DNA of 56,275 nt from Patescibacteria group bacterium (GTDB taxonomy: Bacteria; Patescibacteriota; Minisyncoccia; Minisyncoccales; Staskawiczbacteraceae), in the NCBI GenBank assembly GCA_038065715.1, contig JBBTQL010000002.1:1-56275 (forward strand). The letters run 5' to 3'. Positions 52,900-56,275 of this stretch are shown one piece after another. The notes under the pieces were generated by a model, which was given only the letters and a program-made list of their open reading frames with translations, had not been told where the DNA came from and searched no databases. The position numbers and the translations under genes are program-made. The first letter of the stretch is position 1. The number at the start of each line of letters is the position of its first letter.

Positions 52900-54365
52900 T
52901 TTTTTATCTTGCCCTGAACTTTGTTGAAGGGTTTTTTTGTTTCTTTTTTAATTGGACTAATTTTTTCTAATTTAGCAGAGCTTATTTTTATATGAAGTTC
53001 TTCTAACTGTTTTTTTGTAACTTCTGAAGGCGAGGACATCATTAAATCTCTGCCGTCTCCGGTTTTTGGAAAAGCAATAACCTCTCTAATGTCTGGCTCG
53101 TTTTGTAAAATTGATAAGTCCCTGTCTAATCCTAAAGCAATCCCGCCATGAGGAGGAGCTCCAAAGCTGAAAGCATCTAACATATGTCCGAATTTTTCTT
53201 TTATTTCCTCTTTTTTATATCCCATTATTTCAAAAACTTTTTCCAGCGCCTCTGGGCTATGATTTCTTATGCTTCCACCGCCTGCCTCCACGCCGTTTAA
53301 AACAATATCATACTGGGCGGTTAAAATTTCTTCTATATTTTTTTTATCCAATAAATTTTCCATAAATTTTGGTTGCGGAGCTGAAAAAGGATTGTGCGTA
53401 AAAGTCCATTTATTTTCGTCATTTTTCTCAAAAAACGGGAAGTCAATAACCCAGCAAAAAGCCAAAAGATTTTGGTCTTTTTTATCTTTTCTTAAATCGG
53501 GTTTATCGGAATTATATTTTTCCATCGCTTCTTTATAAGTAATTTTTGGAAACGGAAGTTCTTGAATTTTTTTATCGGGATAAAAAGTTTTAACAATCAT
53601 AATAAGCAGCCTTTCAATTAAATTCATCACATCTTCTTGTTCCACAAAACTCATTTCTATGTCTAATTGCGTATGCTCTAATTGGCGGTTGCCTCTTTGA
53701 TCTTCATCACGAAGGCATCTTGCAATTTGAAAATATCTCTCAAACCCTGCAACTTGCAAAAGTTGTTTATATTGCTGGGGAGATTGCGGAAGCGCATAAA
53801 ATTTTCCCGGTTGCAATCTAGACGGAACAATAAAATCCCGAGAGCCTTCTGGCGTTGATTTTGTGAGCATTGGAGTTTCTATTTCTATAAACCCTTCTTT
53901 GTCTAAAAAATCTCTGATAAATTTTATTACTTTATGTCGCATAGTAAGATTGTTTTTCATTCTTTCGCGCCTTAAATCCAAATATCTATATTTCATTCTT
54001 GTTTCTTCAGAAATGTCGTAGCCATCGCCGTCAATAGAAAATGTTAAAGTTTCGGCTTTTGATAAAACTTTTAAACTTTCTGCCGAAAGCTCCACCTGCC
54101 CGGTTTCAATTTTAGGGTTTACCATGTTTTCCGGCCTTTTCACAATTTGCCCGACAATTTCTATCACCCATTCAGGCCTTAATTGTTCGGCTAATTCATA
54201 AACCTCTTTATTTGAAGGCAAAAAAACAATCTGCAAAACTCCGCTTTTGTCCCGCAAATCAATGAATAAAATTTTGCCGTGAGCGCGCCTGGTATTTACC
54301 CAGCCCGCAACCCTGACCTTTTCTCCAATATGTTTTGATGTTTCATTAACTAAAAACCTATGCAT
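52896..54365 (-). CDS. aspS: Aspartyl-tRNA synthetase (compact type without the large insertion domain)
   Basis: OB-fold N-terminus and class II motifs FRDE-like CLRDED, GGGSIR and GLDR. Confidence 0.9.
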   Translation of the reverse strand: MHRFLVNETSKHIGEKVRVAGWVNTRRAHGKILFIDLRDKSGVLQIVFLPSNKEVYELAEQLRPEWVIEIVGQIVKRPENMVNPKIETGQVELSAESLKVLSKAETLTFSIDGDGYDISEETRMKYRYLDLRRERMKNNLTMRHKVIKFIRDFLDKEGFIEIETPMLTKSTPEGSRDFIVPSRLQPGKFYALPQSPQQYKQLLQVAGFERYFQIARCLRDEDQRGNRQLEHTQLDIEMSFVEQEDVMNLIERLLIMIVKTFYPDKKIQELPFPKITYKEAMEKYNSDKPDLRKDKKDQNLLAFCWVIDFPFFEKNDENKWTFTHNPFSAPQPKFMENLLDKKNIEEILTAQYDIVLNGVEAGGGSIRNHSPEALEKVFEIMGYKKEEIKEKFGHMLDAFSFGAPPHGGIALGLDRDLSILQNEPDIREVIAFPKTGDGRDLMMSSPSEVTKKQLEELHIKISSAKLEKISPIKKETKKPFNKVQGKIKK

Positions 54366-54372
54366 TTTATCT

Positions 54373-55572
54373 TTACTTAATTTTTATTTTTACAAATTTT
54401 CTGCTGCCGACTTTTATTATCATTCCATTTTCTAAATTTACTTCTTTTTTCCAATCGGCAATTCTTTCTTTTTTATCTCCGTTTTGCAATTCCACTCCCC
54501 CGCCCTCAACCAATCTTTTTGCCTCATTTTTTGAAGCGGCTAATTTTGCGTCAAATAATAAATCTAAAACAAAATATTGTTTTTTATTTGTTTTGAAAAC
54601 AGGAATATCAGTTGGCAGCTCTCTATTGCGGAAAATTTTATTAAACTCTTCTTCTGCTTTTTGCGATTTCTTTTCGCCGTGATACATTTTTACAATTTCT
54701 TTTGCCAGGCGAGCTTTTATATCCCTTGGATTATCTGAATTTTTTTTAATCTGAAAAATTTCTTCTTTTGTAAGCCTTGCAGCTAATTCAAAATACTCAT
54801 CAATCAATTCATCTTTCATTGACATTACTTTGCCAAACATATCGTTTGGCTCATCAATAATTGTTATTATATTGCCCCAACTTGTAGACATCTTCCTGCC
54901 GTCAAGCCCGTTAAGCATCTTAGACGTCATTATATCTTGCTGTTTTTGTTTAAAAAACTTTTGTATTTCTCTGCCTGCTTGCAGATTAAAAAGCTGATCT
55001 GACCCTCCAATTTCAACGTCAGATTTCACTGCCGCAGAATCATATCCCTGAAATAAAGGATAGTCTAATTCATGCAAGCCAATTGGTTTTGCTTCGTCCC
55101 ACCTTTCTTTAAAATTTCTCCTTTGAATTATCTGCTGAGCGGTAAAAATCATTTGCAAATTTACAAAATCTATTACTTTCATTTTTTTAAACCACTCGCC
55201 ATTATAACGAACTTCAACTTTTTTTATATCTAAAATTTTGTCAATTTGAAATAAATAATTTTTCAAGTTTTCTTTTATCTCTTTTTCTGTCAAAGGTTTT
55301 CTCATCGCCTGTTTATCTGAAGCATCTCCTATTTGAGCAGTAAAGTCTCCAATAATTAAAACAATTTTATGGCCCAAGTCCTGAAAATCTCTTAGTTTCC
55401 AAAACTGAAAAGCTCTGCCTATATGTATTTTAGGACCAGTAGGGTCAATACCAAATTTTATCCTCAATTGTTTTCCAGATTGCAATTTTTTAAGCAAACT
55501 TTCCCTTTCAAAAATCTCTTCCACTCCCCTGCTTAATATCTCTTCTATTTTTTTAGGATTTGTATCTATCAT
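54373..55572 (-). CDS. tyrS: Tyrosyl-tRNA synthetase
   Basis: GIDPTGPKIHIGR (HIGH-like), KMSTS (KMSKS) and a C-terminal S4-like domain. Confidence 0.9.
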   Translation of the reverse strand: MIDTNPKKIEEILSRGVEEIFERESLLKKLQSGKQLRIKFGIDPTGPKIHIGRAFQFWKLRDFQDLGHKIVLIIGDFTAQIGDASDKQAMRKPLTEKEIKENLKNYLFQIDKILDIKKVEVRYNGEWFKKMKVIDFVNLQMIFTAQQIIQRRNFKERWDEAKPIGLHELDYPLFQGYDSAAVKSDVEIGGSDQLFNLQAGREIQKFFKQKQQDIMTSKMLNGLDGRKMSTSWGNIITIIDEPNDMFGKVMSMKDELIDEYFELAARLTKEEIFQIKKNSDNPRDIKARLAKEIVKMYHGEKKSQKAEEEFNKIFRNRELPTDIPVFKTNKKQYFVLDLLFDAKLAASKNEAKRLVEGGGVELQNGDKKERIADWKKEVNLENGMIIKVGSRKFVKIKIK

Positions 55573-55644
55573 AATTATTAAATTACATTATTCTATTATA
55601 ATTACAAACGAGGGAAAAGTAAATAAGTTGCGCAGCGTGACAAC

Positions 55645-55681
55645 AAAACGGCTTTGCTAAAACCAGCAAAGCCGTTTTTTT
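55645..55681. terminator. Bidirectional intrinsic terminator
   Basis: CGGCTTTGCT ... AGCAAAGCCG 10-bp stem flanked by A- and T-runs. Confidence 0.75.
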
Positions 55682-55688
55682 ATGCATA

Positions 55689-56273
55689 TTATTTAATAAA
55701 AATGCTAAAAATAAACTTTATAATTTCTTGAATTGCTGTAGTAATAGAAGCCAGAAATATTACCGTAGATTTAATAATATTTTCTAATAGGCTTGCTAAA
55801 TTAGATTTTGTTGTCTTTGTTGCTAAAGGGGGATAACTCTCATAAAGTCCAAGAACTTCTGCTGCAGATAACGATCGGCTATAAATTTTTACATCATCAA
55901 TAGAACCGTCAAACCCACTTCTTACCGTGGTGTCAGTGCGATATGCCGCCCCAATAAAAAGATGATTTGATAATGAATCTATTCCTCCAACCCAATTTGC
56001 AGTGCCTTTTTCCACACCATTTTTATAGAAAGTAATTACTTGGTTTTTGAAAGTCATTGTCCATAGGTTCCAATTTAAATCAGAAGCGCCAGTTAGGGTT
56101 ACAATACTTTTACCCGTTGAGTCGCCAACAAGAGCCAGCATATTTCCAGCTGACTGCTGTATCACAAATCCATTTTTTCCAGTGGCGGGTTGATACTTAG
56201 AAACAATAGAACCACTATTAGTTAAATTATTTGATTTTGCCCATGCAGACACAGTTATTTCTAATGGAGTCAC
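55689..56273 (-). CDS. LamG/concanavalin-like domain protein, C-terminal part (N-terminus lies outside the window)
   Basis: FDGSIDDVKIYSRSLSAAEV is a typical LamG-domain end, followed by a C-terminal TM helix. Confidence 0.6.
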   Translation of the reverse strand: MTPLEITVSAWAKSNNLTNSGSIVSKYQPATGKNGFVIQQSAGNMLALVGDSTGKSIVTLTGASDLNWNLWTMTFKNQVITFYKNGVEKGTANWVGGIDSLSNHLFIGAAYRTDTTVRSGFDGSIDDVKIYSRSLSAAEVLGLYESYPPLATKTTKSNLASLLENIIKSTVIFLASITTAIQEIIKFIFSIFIK

Positions 56274-56275
56274 AA

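Noticed and set aside
1-56275. CRISPR arrays, cas genes, transposases, phage structural genes and restriction-modification genes.
   Set aside because: No regularly spaced direct repeats and no recognisable motifs for these families were seen on either strand. The only recombinase is a XerC/D-like gene in a housekeeping-like context.
1-56275. Alternative genetic code (UGA as sense, as in some CPR lineages).
   Set aside because: Conserved proteins (DnaK, PyrG, MraY, aaRS and others) are full length under the standard code and several ORFs end in TGA. The only suspicious in-frame stop is a single TAA at 27377.

Overview
This is a 56.3-kb AT-rich, tightly packed bacterial window. The core content is as follows. 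(1) The 3' part of a 23S rRNA split by two group I-type introns, one carrying a LAGLIDADG ORF, followed by 5S rRNA. (2) mreC-mreD-PBP2, MacAB-like efflux genes, a large S8 protease and a UvrD-type helicase/nuclease pair. (3) A heat-shock locus (hrcA-grpE ... dnaK-dnaJ) interrupted by about 3.2 kb of accessory DNA. (4) L9, CTP synthase, L27 and UppS. (5) A minus-strand cell-wall/aaRS block: gltX, murG, ftsW, a PP-loop::murD fusion, mraY, a PBP5-like gene, aspS and tyrS. The intron-rich rRNA, the short HrcA, the near absence of Shine-Dalgarno (SD) sequences on core genes and the gene set suggest a Candidate Phyla Radiation (Parcubacteria-like) genome; this is inference. The stand-out signal is a set of compositionally foreign, GC-richer, SD-bearing promoter-to-terminator cassettes embedded in this background. 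The largest (16787-18818, minus strand, beside tRNA-Trp and a GIY-YIG gene) is a four-cistron operon of 189, 136, 58 and 122 aa proteins that I cannot assign to any family. The 58-aa ORF is absent from the ORF track. Two of its intercistronic spacers carry complete type III hammerhead ribozyme motifs, each preceded by a hairpin, which implies a self-cleaving polycistronic mRNA. A second GC-rich single-gene cassette (27577-28345) has the same TTGACA-17-TATACTTAATATA promoter layout. Other notable items: (a) an intron-1 ORF enclosed by a perfect 22-bp inverted repeat; (b) a tRNA-shaped gene with an expanded palindromic anticodon loop; (c) GC-rich palindromic mini-insertions lying in frame inside hrcA, grpE, dnaK and other genes; (d) a two-gene cassette flanked by a 60-bp direct repeat of a gene's 3' end; (e) a 2H-phosphoesterase gene with an in-frame TAA; (f) a tRNA-Lys to tRNA-Ala accessory stretch with a decayed duplicate gene; (g) a 26-aa hydrophobic peptide cassette. 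No CRISPR array, cas gene or transposase was seen. All functional calls rest on motif recognition by eye, and no database search was possible.
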